This document shows positions 37,698 through 48,052 of a stretch of 64,000 nucleotides of DNA, in pieces. The DNA is taken from the NCBI GenBank assembly GCA_045863335.1, contig BTVY01000021.1, forward strand, positions 32,001 through 96,000. The letters are read 5' to 3'. This DNA is from Candidatus Hydrogenedentota bacterium (lineage in GTDB: Bacteria > Hydrogenedentota > Hydrogenedentia > Hydrogenedentales > SLHB01). The position numbers and the translations under genes are program-made. The stretch's first letter is position 1; each line of letters opens with the position of its first letter. The notes under the pieces were generated by a model that worked only from the letters and a program-made list of their open reading frames with translations, made no database searches and was not told the DNA's origin.

Positions 37698-39686
37698 TTA
37701 CTCCATCGTCTCGCGGATCGCCGCCAATACCCGCGGCACATCCGGCAGCGCGGCATATTCTAGAGCCGGATGATACGGCATGGGAATGTCCGCGCGCGCG
37801 ACCAGTTGCGGAGGCGCGAGGAAGAGGTCCCAGCGGGACGGGTCGGACGTCATCTCGGCGATGATGGCCTGGCCGAACCCGGTGGTGCGGGTATCTTCAT
37901 GGACAACGACCAAGCGTCCCGTCTTCTCGAGGCTTCGCGCGATGCACTGCCAGTCGCATGGCACGACGGTGCGGAGATCGATGACTTCACAGTCGACGCC
38001 TTCGGCCTCCGCCTGCTGCGCCGCCTCCAACAAGACCTCCATGCAATTTCCGTAGCTCACGAGTGTCACGTCTCCACCGGCGCGGCGAACGGCAGCCTTG
38101 CCAAACGGTAGACCGTCGAGTGCCTCTCCTACTGCCACGCGCTGCCGGAAGATATGCTTCGGCAACAGAATCATCGAAGGATCGTCGCCATGGATCGCGC
38201 TCCACAGCAGACCCGCCGCGTCCTCGGGCGTACTGGGAATAGCGATTCGAATGCCCGGGATATGCGCCAACAAGCCTTCATTGCTCTGGCTATGCCACAG
38301 GGCACCGCCCGGCAAATAGGCGCCATACGTTGCGATGATCGTCAAGGGGCAAGACCACGCCCCGTTCGAGCGCCAGCGCAAACAGGACGCGTGACTCATG
38401 AGCTGGTTTAAGGCGGGCGGCAGGAAGTCGATGAACTGCAATTCAAACACGGGCCGCATGCCCGCCGCGGCCATGCCGACGCCGGCACCGGCAATCGTTG
38501 CTTCGGCCAGCGGCGAATTGACGACACGACCCGGGAACTCCGTCGAGAGTCCCTTGGTCAACCCGAAGACCCCCCCGCGCGGGTCCGCGATATCTTCGCC
38601 GAAGAGTTGCACGCGCGCATCCGACGACAAGGCCGCGCGCAAGGTCTCGTTGACGGCCGCGACCATGGTCGTTTCCTTACCCAGGCGTACCGGCAAAGCG
38701 GGGCTGGACGCGGACGGCCCAAAGACATGCGTCTCGATGGTTCTGGGATCAGGTTCACTTGCGCGCTCGGCGCGTTGATAGTCGTCATCCACCTGCGCGA
38801 CGATTTCCGCCTGAGACGTTTCCCACGCTCCGGCAGAAATCAGCCCTTTCTCGATGCAATGCCTGGCAAGTTGGTCAATCGGATCGCGGCGCGACATGGC
38901 TTCGATTTCGTCAGCGGGCCGGTATACGCGATGGTCGTCGGACGACGTATGCGAACACAGCCGGTCCAATTCACACCACAACACGGTGGGGCCTTCTCCG
39001 GACCGCGCCCGCCGAACGGCAGCGCCGCCGGCCTGAAAGACGGCAAGGGGATCGCGACCGTCCACGGGCATTACATGCGCATCGTTCAATGCGCGCAGCT
39101 TATATGGAGTGAGATGCGCCGTGGGCGTGCTGATGCCGTAGCCATTGTCTTCGACCACGAAAACCACGGGGAGTTGTTCCTGCAACGCAAAGGCCACGGC
39201 CTCGTAGTACTCGCCCTGACGCGTCGCGGCGTCGCCGATCGTGCAAAGCACGACGCCGTCACGCTGGTTCAGCTTGAACGACCACGCGGTACCCACGGCT
39301 GGCAAACACTGCGAGCCCGTGGGCGTTGCGACGCTGAACACGTTGAGCGCGCGGTCGCTGTAGTGGCCCGGCATCATACGGCCGCCCGAACTCGACGCCG
39401 CCCGGGCATAGTAGGCGAGCGCCAAGTCGTAGCTTGAGATGCCCCGCGCCAATGCGAGCGGCCGGTCGCGATAGTATAAATACAGGTAGTCTTCGGGCTT
39501 CAGGTGATACGCGAGCGCGGCGAGCGGCTCATGCCCCATCGCCGAAACCTGGAACCAGCCTTTGCCCTGACGCAATAGCACGCCTTCCCGGCGGTCCCCT
39601 TCGCGAGACAGGAACATGAGTTTCAGGAATTCGACTTCGGGGAGTCTGCGGATCTGTTCGTTCAGAAGTTTGGATTCACTGCTCAC
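37698..39686 (-). CDS. 2-oxoacid (probably branched-chain) dehydrogenase E1, fused alpha/beta
   Basis: GHE, YYRD, GDAA..EDN ThDP motif, HTSSDD; beta part GEDI..GGVF, PLAEATI, HSQS. Confidence 0.9.
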   Translation of the reverse strand: MSSESKLLNEQIRRLPEVEFLKLMFLSREGDRREGVLLRQGKGWFQVSAMGHEPLAALAYHLKPEDYLYLYYRDRPLALARGISSYDLALAYYARAASSSGGRMMPGHYSDRALNVFSVATPTGSQCLPAVGTAWSFKLNQRDGVVLCTIGDAATRQGEYYEAVAFALQEQLPVVFVVEDNGYGISTPTAHLTPYKLRALNDAHVMPVDGRDPLAVFQAGGAAVRRARSGEGPTVLWCELDRLCSHTSSDDHRVYRPADEIEAMSRRDPIDQLARHCIEKGLISAGAWETSQAEIVAQVDDDYQRAERASEPDPRTIETHVFGPSASSPALPVRLGKETTMVAAVNETLRAALSSDARVQLFGEDIADPRGGVFGLTKGLSTEFPGRVVNSPLAEATIAGAGVGMAAAGMRPVFELQFIDFLPPALNQLMSHASCLRWRSNGAWSCPLTIIATYGAYLPGGALWHSQSNEGLLAHIPGIRIAIPSTPEDAAGLLWSAIHGDDPSMILLPKHIFRQRVAVGEALDGLPFGKAAVRRAGGDVTLVSYGNCMEVLLEAAQQAEAEGVDCEVIDLRTVVPCDWQCIARSLEKTGRLVVVHEDTRTTGFGQAIIAEMTSDPSRWDLFLAPPQLVARADIPMPYHPALEYAALPDVPRVLAAIRETME

Positions 39687-39842
39687 GCGATATCAATCCG
39701 TCCCGGTAAAGAATCATCGTTACACTACCCGGAAAGACTACTTACGGACGCGCCACTTTTCCAGTATCTTTCCTTCGTTTTCGACCTACCGTACGGTATT
39801 GAGTGTTCGCGGCACCCATAGACATCCCGACGAACAAAAGGT

Positions 39843-41240
39843 CTACGTCATCGTAGGGGCATACTCTATCAAACGGAAATCTTCCGGCGTGCAGTTCGGC
39901 CGCAACCTACCCGTCAATTCACCCGCCGCGACCAACGCGCGGGTAACCAGTTTCTCCCCCGCGCCGAGTCCTACATAGGTTGCCGTCGTACCGCCGTACC
40001 CGCCCGCGGCGGCATCCTTGATCGTGGGAAAGTAGATATGAAAGTCGTTCGCATAGCCGACGAGCAACGTATCGCGCACGGGTGACTTCGTCTTCAGGTC
40101 CAATTGGAACTGCACAAACAATTCACCCGGCATGAAGGCGAGGGCAAGATCGTCGTTGATGGTCAACACGGAAAGTGGCACATGCAAGTCGGCTTCCAGA
40201 TCGTCGAGATACCGGTCGAACATCCCGCCATACACCGCTCGAAATACTTCCTGATGTTCCGGATCCTGAAAGTCCCACCGCGTACCAACCTCGACCATCT
40301 CCTCCCGATAGGCGAGGCGCGGCTGCGCGACCTCGGAGGCAGTAATCTTGGGCAATGCACTGAGAATTGCGGTCGCGCACTCCTTCCCGACCGCGCGCAT
40401 GGCATCCACACCGCCATCGCTCAAGGGCGTCTTGTCGAGGTAAGGATTGATGTCGCCCGCGCCGCCTTGAAGAAACAGGCACGGCGCGCCCGTTTCACGC
40501 TCCACCGCGCGATACATCTCGCCGACCCAATCGGCGGTGATTTCCCGGTTGTCTGAACCCAGCACCACCGGATGACACGCGAAATGGACGAGTGTGGCAA
40601 AGCGCGATCCGTCCGTTCGCTCGAACGCGATGATGGTGGCCTCGGCATCTACCGGTGAGGTGGGGATGCGTTCCGCGTTGCGCCAGAGCATGAGGCAGCG
40701 TCCATCCTCCGTGAGGACCCGGCGGTTGTGGCCGATGTCAAACGCAGTATGCCCCACGCCGATTCGCACGGGCTCCAACTGCGCGACGGCGTCGTCGATG
40801 CAATCGCCAAGCCGCGCCTCGATCACCGTTGCATGAGGGGCGGACTCATCTTCCATCACGGGTCCGCCGTGGGTATGCGATGCCGTGAAGACAACGTGGG
40901 TGACGCCTATCGCTGCGGCGCGTTCGCGAATGCGATCCATGGCAGGTCGCGCTGGCGCCCGGCCGAGGTCCATGGTGACGACCGCAACGGTTGTATCCGC
41001 GCCCCGCAACACGATCGCCTGGGCCTTCAAGGCGTCCAGCGCCCCGGTCGACGGACCAGACCGGTTGCTGTACCCCCACATGGGAACTCCCGGTTCGGGA
41101 GTAATATCGCGCACCCCAATTCCTGCCAACATCGCACCCCCTCCCATTTGCTGCGCGCCTCCCGTATCGGCAGACGCCGCTCCCGCGACCGCGAGCGCTG
41201 CAGAAGTCTTAATAAACGTACGACGCGATACCGTGTTCAT
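39843..41240 (-). CDS. Tat-exported neutral/alkaline ceramidase N-terminal-domain protein
   Basis: SRRTFIK; DITP..MWGY, ASHTHGGP, FACHPVVLG, GGAGDINP, PGELF, GYAN. Confidence 0.82.
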   Translation of the reverse strand: MNTVSRRTFIKTSAALAVAGAASADTGGAQQMGGGAMLAGIGVRDITPEPGVPMWGYSNRSGPSTGALDALKAQAIVLRGADTTVAVVTMDLGRAPARPAMDRIRERAAAIGVTHVVFTASHTHGGPVMEDESAPHATVIEARLGDCIDDAVAQLEPVRIGVGHTAFDIGHNRRVLTEDGRCLMLWRNAERIPTSPVDAEATIIAFERTDGSRFATLVHFACHPVVLGSDNREITADWVGEMYRAVERETGAPCLFLQGGAGDINPYLDKTPLSDGGVDAMRAVGKECATAILSALPKITASEVAQPRLAYREEMVEVGTRWDFQDPEHQEVFRAVYGGMFDRYLDDLEADLHVPLSVLTINDDLALAFMPGELFVQFQLDLKTKSPVRDTLLVGYANDFHIYFPTIKDAAAGGYGGTTATYVGLGAGEKLVTRALVAAGELTGRLRPNCTPEDFRLIEYAPTMT

Positions 41241-41427
41241 GGCTTGTCCCTCGCATTCGGCGAATTCTGGACTCCCGGATATTCTACGAAACCTGTCCCA
41301 CCGTTTCCCAGGGTCACGCGACGGGTGCTATACTGACGCGCTGCTGCCGGGAGCACGTCCGCAAGCCGTTATCAGAGACGGCAGAGCGACATCGAAATCG
41401 GGATTGGAAAGCACTTGCGCTTTCAGC

Positions 41428-41468
41428 TTCGATCCCGATAGCGATAGCGATCCCGATAGCGATTTCGA
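41428..41468. repeat. CGAT-based hexamer repeat
   Basis: ttcgatcccgatagcgatagcgatcccgatagcgatttcga; same style as 8738-8860. Confidence 0.8.
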
Positions 41469-41565
41469 GAAACGTGAGTGGTGCAACCGCAGGTGAATGC
41501 CGATCACCGTTCCGCCGCGGCGGTGGCGCTGACCGCTGCTGAGATGAAATCCGGAGGCACGTAGA

Positions 41566-42480
41566 ATGCCGGTAAGCACGTCCGTTCATATTACGCACTG
41601 TCTTCAATACATCATCGCGCTCGGGCCCCGTTCGATCCTGGACATAGGCTGCGGGTTTGGGTTGTGGGGCTTCCTCTGCCGGGAGTACCTCGACGTCATG
41701 GAGGAACGGGTCCAACCCGAGGCGTGGCGAATCCGCATCGACGGCATCGAGTTGTTCGAACCCTACATTCAGTCGCACCAGCGCGCTTTGTACACCAATA
41801 TCACGATCGGCGATATCCGGGAACTGGCCCCGAAGGTGGACCAGTACGAACTCATCATCGCGGGAGACGTCATCGAGCACCTGGACAAAGAGGACGGCGA
41901 ACGGGTCATTGAACAGCTCTACGAGAGGGCGACTCGCGCGCTGCTCGTGAACATTCCCCTGGGGGACGGCTGGGATCATCCGGAACGGCATGGCAATCCC
42001 GGCGAACTGCATCGGAGTCAATGGACGCCCGAAGACTTCCTCGCGTACCCAAATATTGCCCAGATGTTTGAGTTGCCGGCAGGGGCCTACGGGAGCTTTT
42101 TCTGCCCCAAGGATTGCACGGTCGAGCAACGTGTGGAGGGATTGCTCCAGGCTGCGGATTACGCCCGTTCGTCGGGGCATGTGGAGAAAGCGCTCGGGCT
42201 GTTGCAGCAAGGGCGCGAGCTGGATCCGAAGCATCGCGACACGATTCTGTTCTTGTCGGATACCTTGCTCGCGGCGGCAAGGTATCCCGAGGCCGTACAC
42301 GTTCTGGAAGAAGCGGTGCAACGCGACCGCGAATTCCATTTTGCCTTCCTCGCCCTGGCCCGCATTCTGAAGATTCTGGGACGAACCGATGAGGCCCGTT
42401 TTTACGCGCAGTCGTTAATCGACAACTCCGTCGTGGGAGAGGACGTGCACAGGCAGGCGCGTGCCGTGCTGGAGTCGTAA
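41566..42480 (+). CDS. Class I SAM methyltransferase with C-terminal TPR repeats
   Basis: ILDIGCGFG, DVIEHL; TPR-like C-terminus; GGAGG SD. Confidence 0.85.
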   Translation: MPVSTSVHITHCLQYIIALGPRSILDIGCGFGLWGFLCREYLDVMEERVQPEAWRIRIDGIELFEPYIQSHQRALYTNITIGDIRELAPKVDQYELIIAGDVIEHLDKEDGERVIEQLYERATRALLVNIPLGDGWDHPERHGNPGELHRSQWTPEDFLAYPNIAQMFELPAGAYGSFFCPKDCTVEQRVEGLLQAADYARSSGHVEKALGLLQQGRELDPKHRDTILFLSDTLLAAARYPEAVHVLEEAVQRDREFHFAFLALARILKILGRTDEARFYAQSLIDNSVVGEDVHRQARAVLES

Positions 42481-42481
42481 A

Positions 42482-43156
42482 TCATCCGTCGCGAGCGACC
42501 CAATCACCGATGGCGCGAACGGCATCGCCGGGGATGGTATGTCCCTCCTCGTGCCTGAAGCGCTCCACGGTATATCCCCTTTCGGTCAACTCCGATTCCG
42601 CCTCCTCCGCCTTTTCGACCGGTACCAACGGATCGTTGTCGCCGTGCACGAGCAGTACGCGGAATGGAGTGGCCGTCCCGAGTGGGTCTCGCACGTCGCT
42701 CGGCAGATCCGCTCCGCACGCGATAACGCCACGAACCGGGACCGCGCCCGAAACGGCGAGCCGGTATGCCATGGCGCCGCCCTGGCTGAACCCGAGAACG
42801 TAGATGCGGTTGTGGTCGAACGATTCTCGCTCCCGTAGCTGCGCAATCAGCCGGGTCATGTACCCGATGAAATCGCGAATGGAGTTTTCCTTCTCGTACA
42901 TGGTCAGCCAGTTGCACCCGACCTTCTTGGGGTCGAGTTGCATGTAGATCTGGTGAGGCCCCTGCGGCGCGGCGAGCAAGATGCCCTGTTCCCGGATCGA
43001 CGCCGGGGATCGAGCGAATCCCTTGCACTTCTGCCCGTAGCCGTGCAAGGCTATGAGTAGCGGCGGCGCCGATGATGAGGCGGGGTCCGGACGCAACACG
43101 GAATAATACACAGTGAAGTCAATAGCCAGAGGCTCAACATTGATGTCGGGTATCAC
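42482..43156 (-). CDS. Phospholipase/carboxylesterase (alpha/beta hydrolase)
   Basis: LHGYG, GFSQGG, HGDNDPLV, GH; start probably GTG 43156. Confidence 0.85.
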   Translation of the reverse strand: MIPDINVEPLAIDFTVYYSVLRPDPASSSAPPLLIALHGYGQKCKGFARSPASIREQGILLAAPQGPHQIYMQLDPKKVGCNWLTMYEKENSIRDFIGYMTRLIAQLRERESFDHNRIYVLGFSQGGAMAYRLAVSGAVPVRGVIACGADLPSDVRDPLGTATPFRVLLVHGDNDPLVPVEKAEEAESELTERGYTVERFRHEEGHTIPGDAVRAIGDWVARDG

Positions 43157-43201
43157 GCGGTATTCACTCCGAAAGTTAATGCTTGGGGGAGTCCCGTTGC
43201 C

Positions 43202-44074
43202 GTGAACTCCATCGTATCCAATCCGTACTCGAATGACGAGATCCCCTGGGTCAAGGGAAACCTGCACGCTCATACCACGAACAGCGACGGCAAGCGAAGT
43301 CCCCAGGTGGTGGTGGATACCTATGCCGCCCGCGGCTATGGATTCCTGACCATCAGCGATCACGACTACTTGACGGACCCGGCGACCCTGCGCGATCACG
43401 GGATGACCCTGATTCCGGGCAACGAAGTCACGGCAAGGGGCCCGCACGTGCTGCACATCGGCGCGTCACAGCTACTCGATCCCGATCCCGACCGCCAAAC
43501 GGTGCTCAACCAGATTGTCGATTCAGGAGAACTCGCTATCATCGCTCATCCCAACTGGGAAGACGATTTCTCGCACTGTCCCCAGGCCGCGCTGGAATCC
43601 TGGCGCGGCTACATGGGAATTGAAATCTACAACGGCGTCGTTCGCCGGTTGACGGGAAGCCCATTGGCGACGGACCGGTGGGACCGATTGTTGGGCCTTG
43701 GGCGCCGCGTGTGGGGTTTCGCCCACGACGACAGCCATCGCGACGGCGATGACGAGCTGGCCTGGATCATGGTGCAGACGGAGTATCGCGATGCAGCGGC
43801 AATCATGACTGCGATCCGGCAAGGGCGCTTCTATGCCAGCACCGGGGTCGAGATCGAAGGAATCCGCGTGTGCGGAAATACGATCGCCGTGCGAACACGC
43901 AACGCGGAGCGCATCGTCGTCCATTCCGATTTTGGCCGCCGCCAAGCGGCCGTCGACGACACCTGTATTTCCTTCACCGTCCCGGAAACGGGCGCGATCA
44001 CGTACGTTCGATTTGAATGCTGGGGGCCGGGTGACGCGATGGCGTGGACGCAACCGTTCTTCCTGAATCCCTAG
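43202..44074 (+). CDS. PHP-domain (CehA/McbA-like) metallohydrolase
   Basis: KGNLHAHTTNSDG, SDHD, GNE, AHP, EIYNG, DDSH, AWTQPF. Confidence 0.88.
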   Translation: MNSIVSNPYSNDEIPWVKGNLHAHTTNSDGKRSPQVVVDTYAARGYGFLTISDHDYLTDPATLRDHGMTLIPGNEVTARGPHVLHIGASQLLDPDPDRQTVLNQIVDSGELAIIAHPNWEDDFSHCPQAALESWRGYMGIEIYNGVVRRLTGSPLATDRWDRLLGLGRRVWGFAHDDSHRDGDDELAWIMVQTEYRDAAAIMTAIRQGRFYASTGVEIEGIRVCGNTIAVRTRNAERIVVHSDFGRRQAAVDDTCISFTVPETGAITYVRFECWGPGDAMAWTQPFFLNP

Positions 44075-44180
44075 TCAATTCTACATGGTCCGCAAGGGCC
44101 GACGGCCTACCAATCCGTATGTTCGGAATGAAAAATCCAACCATATTGTAGGTATCACTGCATCAATCGTGGACCGATAG

Positions 44181-44798
<618 letters not shown>

Positions 44799-44864
44799 CT
44801 CCCGCCTGTTGCCCGGAGCGATGCGTTGGCTCGAAAACACCGTTAGGTACGTACGGAGGACAAA

Positions 44865-46289
44865 ATGCGGAAAGATCTCAGTCCAAAAGATGTGGTCGAC
44901 CTCATAAAGAAGGAAGAGGTCAAGTTCGTCGATATCCGGTTCATGGACTTCCCGGGTTTGATGCAACACTTCTCGATCCCGGCCCGTGAATTGAGCGAGG
45001 ATACCTTCGAGGATGGCCTCGGGTTCGACGGATCGAGCATCCGGGGCTGGCAGGCCATCAACGAGAGCGACATGCTCGTACTGCCGGATCCGAAGACGGC
45101 GACCATCGACCCCTTCTCGGAAATCAAGACCCTCATTTTGTACTCGAATATCCTTGACCCGATTACGAAAGAGCGGTACAGCCGTTGCCCGCGTTGCATC
45201 GCGCAGAAGGCCGAAAACTACATGGTCTCGACCGGCCTTGCCGACACCGCATATATGGGGCCGGAAGCGGAGTTCTTCGTATTCGACAACGTTCAGTACG
45301 ACATCAATTCGAATTCGGCGTTCCACGTAGTCGACAGCGCGGAAGGCATCTGGAACAGCGGCCGTGACGAAGAGCCCAATCTGGGGTACAAGCTGCGCCA
45401 CAAGGAAGGGTACTTCCCGGTTCCGCCGTCCGACTCCCTTCAGGACCTCCGCAACGAGATGGTCGACACCATGCTCAAGTGCGGGCTGAATGTGGAATGC
45501 CACCACCATGAAGTGGCGACCGCCGGACAGTGCGAGATCGATCTGCGGTTTGACAGCCTGACGCTCATGGCCGACATGATGACCATGTACAAGTACATCA
45601 TCAAGAACACGGCCAAGGCGCACAACAAGACCGTCACCTTCATGCCGAAGCCGCTCTACGCGGACAACGGCTCCGGGATGCACACCCATATCAGCCTTTG
45701 GAAGGGCGGCAAGCCGCTCTTCGCGGGAGACAAGTACGCCGGCCTGAGCCAGGAAGCCTTGTGGGGCATCGGCGGCCTGCTCAAACACGCGCCCGCGCTG
45801 GTCGCGATCACGAACCCCACGGTGAATTCGTACAAGCGCCTCGTGCCGGGTTACGAAGCCCCGGTCAACCTGGCCTACTCGAGCCGGAATCGCAGCGCCT
45901 GCTGCCGAATCCCCATGTACTCGCCCAGCCCGAAGGCCAAACGCATCGAGTTCCGCGTGCCGGATCCGTCGTGCAACCCGTATCTCGCGTTCTCCGCGCT
46001 GCTCATGGCCGTCATCGACGGTATCCAGAACAAGATCGATCCGGGTTCCCCGATGGACAAGGACCTCTACGACCTGCCGGCCGAAGAGAAGGCCCTCATC
46101 CCGCAGACGCCGGGAAGCCTGGGCGAAGCGCTGGACGCCCTGGAAAAGGATCACGAGTTCCTGCTTCGGGGGGATGTGTTCACGAAGGACGTGATCGACA
46201 CTTGGATCAGCTACAAGCGGGACAAAGAAGTGCTGCCCATGAGCCTGCGCCCGCACCCGTACGAGTTCTACTTGTACTACGACGTCTAA
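44865..46289 (+). CDS. glnA: Glutamine synthetase type I (beta, adenylylatable)
   Basis: [53 protein letters not shown] adenylylation site. Confidence 0.97.
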   Translation: MRKDLSPKDVVDLIKKEEVKFVDIRFMDFPGLMQHFSIPARELSEDTFEDGLGFDGSSIRGWQAINESDMLVLPDPKTATIDPFSEIKTLILYSNILDPITKERYSRCPRCIAQKAENYMVSTGLADTAYMGPEAEFFVFDNVQYDINSNSAFHVVDSAEGIWNSGRDEEPNLGYKLRHKEGYFPVPPSDSLQDLRNEMVDTMLKCGLNVECHHHEVATAGQCEIDLRFDSLTLMADMMTMYKYIIKNTAKAHNKTVTFMPKPLYADNGSGMHTHISLWKGGKPLFAGDKYAGLSQEALWGIGGLLKHAPALVAITNPTVNSYKRLVPGYEAPVNLAYSSRNRSACCRIPMYSPSPKAKRIEFRVPDPSCNPYLAFSALLMAVIDGIQNKIDPGSPMDKDLYDLPAEEKALIPQTPGSLGEALDALEKDHEFLLRGDVFTKDVIDTWISYKRDKEVLPMSLRPHPYEFYLYYDV

Positions 46290-46315
46290 GCCGTAACTAC
46301 ATCTGCAAAATCGAG

Positions 46316-46356
46316 CGGGGTGGCAACGATACCGTTGCCACCCCGTCTGTTTTTTG
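46316..46356 (+). terminator. Rho-independent terminator of glnA
   Basis: cggggtggcaacg-atac-cgttgccaccccg followed by a T run. Confidence 0.85.
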
Positions 46357-46486
46357 ACTTGCCCCGCGGCAAGGGCCCCAGCCGTCTCGAAACCCGCCGG
46401 GCCCGCTGACGGTCCAATTGATTAGACGCATGGCCGGAATCGCCAGTATCTGCCACGATCCGAGGCGCTGTACAAGGCATAGGAAC

Positions 46487-46521
46487 AAAAAAAGGGCCGA
46501 AACGCATACACGCTTCGGCCC
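46487..46521 (-). terminator. Minus-strand terminator closing the micropeptide array
   Basis: Minus strand gggccgaagcg-tgtatg-cgtttcggccc then TTTTTTT; a second GC hairpin lies at 46535-46569. Confidence 0.7.
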
Positions 46522-46581
46522 ACACTCAACTCGCCCGGCCCCTCCGGACAGCAATCCGGGAAGGGCCGGTAGAATGCGCGA

Positions 46582-46644
46582 TTAGAGTACCTGGTACAGA
46601 ACGACCAGAATGATCAGCCACCAGATCCAAGAGAACCAGAACAT
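46582..46644 (-). CDS. Trp-rich hydrophobic micropeptide 1 (20 aa): MFWFSWIWWLIILVVLYQVL
   Basis: AAGGGAGG SD; 5' hairpin cgctcc-gaa-ggggcg; TACACT -10 at 46696-46701; homologous to peptides 2 and 3. Confidence 0.8.
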   Translation of the reverse strand: MFWFSWIWWLIILVVLYQVL

Positions 46645-47031
46645 GTTTTCGACCTCCCTTCTAGATGAGATGTGACGCCGCCCCTTCGGAGCGATAGTGT
46701 AAGACACCGGGGATACCCACATGTATCCCTAAGCACCATACAACCTTGAATCAATTTCGTTTCACCGTCCGGTACCCTGGTATTCGGGTTTCGCACGCAT
46801 CTCGTCAATCGCCGACCCACGCGTTTCGAAACCTGTCGGCCGTTTGCCGGGTCCAACTATCAGATTCGACGGAACCACCAGAATCCGGAAGCTGCAACAA
46901 AAGACAGTTTAAACATTCTCGCTGGCAATTTTAAAGGGGTCGAAGCATTGGCCTGCCCCGACCCCAGAATCTGCGCCGAATTGTGAGCCAAATGGGCCAC
47001 TAGTGCCAGCGCAACGCGTATTCGGTTCTAG

Positions 47032-47091
47032 TTAGAGAACCTGATACAGAAGTACGATGATCAAAATCCACCACATCCACCACCAAAACAT
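47032..47091 (-). CDS. Trp-rich hydrophobic micropeptide 2 (19 aa): MFWWWMWWILIIVLLYQVL
   Basis: AAGGGAGG SD; 5' hairpin gtcactcc-gtgag-ggagtggc; downstream terminator-like hairpin at 46931-46965. Confidence 0.8.
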   Translation of the reverse strand: MFWWWMWWILIIVLLYQVL

Positions 47092-47208
47092 AGTTCAAAC
47101 CTCCCTTCATGTTAACGTTTACGCCACTCCCTCACGGAGTGACGAAGATGCACAACACTTGATTTGATTGAACTGTATCTTGCCTTCTCTGAAGGCAAGA
47201 GGGCAGGG

Positions 47209-47307
47209 TTAAAGCACTTCGTACAGAATGACGATTGCGATGATCCACCAGATCCAGGTGAACGGGCTCAAGAGCCACCAGAACGCGGCTTTGGGCGTAC
47301 CTTTCAT
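47209..47307 (-). CDS. Trp-rich hydrophobic micropeptide 3 (32 aa): MKGTPKAAFWWLLSPFTWIWWIIAIVILYEVL
   Basis: AAAGGAGG SD; promoter TTGAAA(47440-47435)-17-TACAAT(47417-47412); hairpin tcttgccttc/gaaggcaaga at 47178-47200 just after the stop. Confidence 0.8.
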   Translation of the reverse strand: MKGTPKAAFWWLLSPFTWIWWIIAIVILYEVL

Positions 47308-47635
47308 GAGTCAGACCTCCTTTCCTGCATCTCCAATCAGTCCGCTGAATCTCGGGTCCCCGGTCCTCCGCAGAACCTCACCCGAGATTGGTCTCGTGAA
47401 AACCAAGGCAGATTGTATACGAGGTTTCGAGTATTTTCAAGCCCCTTCACACCTTTCGCAGCACTGCCTTGGGCCGGATCGAAACATCTTGCGGGTACGG
47501 GCACACTATAGCACAAACTGTGGGCATCCTCAATAGAGAATATGTGGACAGCCGCGTCACGATAACGGTTTCGGGACCCGCTTCGCATCCCCGCGAAACC
47601 ATGGAGGCGTGGACCCGGTCAAACTCCTAAAGCGA

Positions 47636-47680
47636 AACAAAAAAAGTGTGGCGAATCCGCCGTGGATTCGCCACAAAAAC
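47636..47680. terminator. Hairpin terminator downstream of micropeptide 4
   Basis: aaaaaaaa-gtgtggcgaatcc-gccgt-ggattcgccac-aaaaa; the U tract reads on the minus strand. Confidence 0.8.
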
Positions 47681-47706
47681 TGCTAAGGAAAATGAGGTGT
47701 CCGGTA

Positions 47707-47793
47707 CTAGACCTGAAGGTTCCAACCGGCCTCGAAGAACACCGCAAGGATGTACCATACGGCTACCCAAAACCACCAGAAAAGCAAAAACAT
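47707..47793 (-). CDS. Trp-rich hydrophobic micropeptide 4 (28 aa): MFLLFWWFWVAVWYILAVFFEAGWNLQV
   Basis: GAAAGGAG SD; promoter TTGTTT-18-TACAGT (47874-47845); shares the 12-mer tcgttgtttctc with unit 5. Confidence 0.78.
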   Translation of the reverse strand: MFLLFWWFWVAVWYILAVFFEAGWNLQV

Positions 47794-47971
47794 AGCCTTT
47801 TTCTCCTTTCGTTTCTACGAATGGTCGAACAGCACTAGACCCTAACTGTAGAGCTATCGGACCGGGAGAAACAACGAAGCATCGTCAACTGCTTCTCCTT
47901 CCGCTTCCGACTGGCGCCCACGCGACTAGCATCGCACAGCGCCAAGCGTACCTGGGTCTAAGCTTCCAGCC

Positions 47972-48052
47972 TTAGAACGGGTAAAGCCCAGCGTAGAAGA
48001 CGTTCCACACCAACCACCAGAAAAGCCAGAATCCCCACAGCAAAAGAAACAT
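47972..48052 (-). CDS. Trp-rich hydrophobic micropeptide 5 (26 aa): MFLLLWGFWLFWWLVWNVFYAGLYPF
   Basis: AAAGGAGG SD; promoter TTGTTT-17-(TGc)TATACT (48138-48110); 5' hairpin gctcc-atgg-ggggc. Confidence 0.8.
   Translation of the reverse strand: MFLLLWGFWLFWWLVWNVFYAGLYPF

Noticed and set aside
46540-46580. Plus-strand TAGAAT (46570-46575) as an antisense (antitoxin) promoter for peptide 1
   Set aside because: No credible -35 and no equivalent element at the other units, so it cannot be supported from sequence alone.
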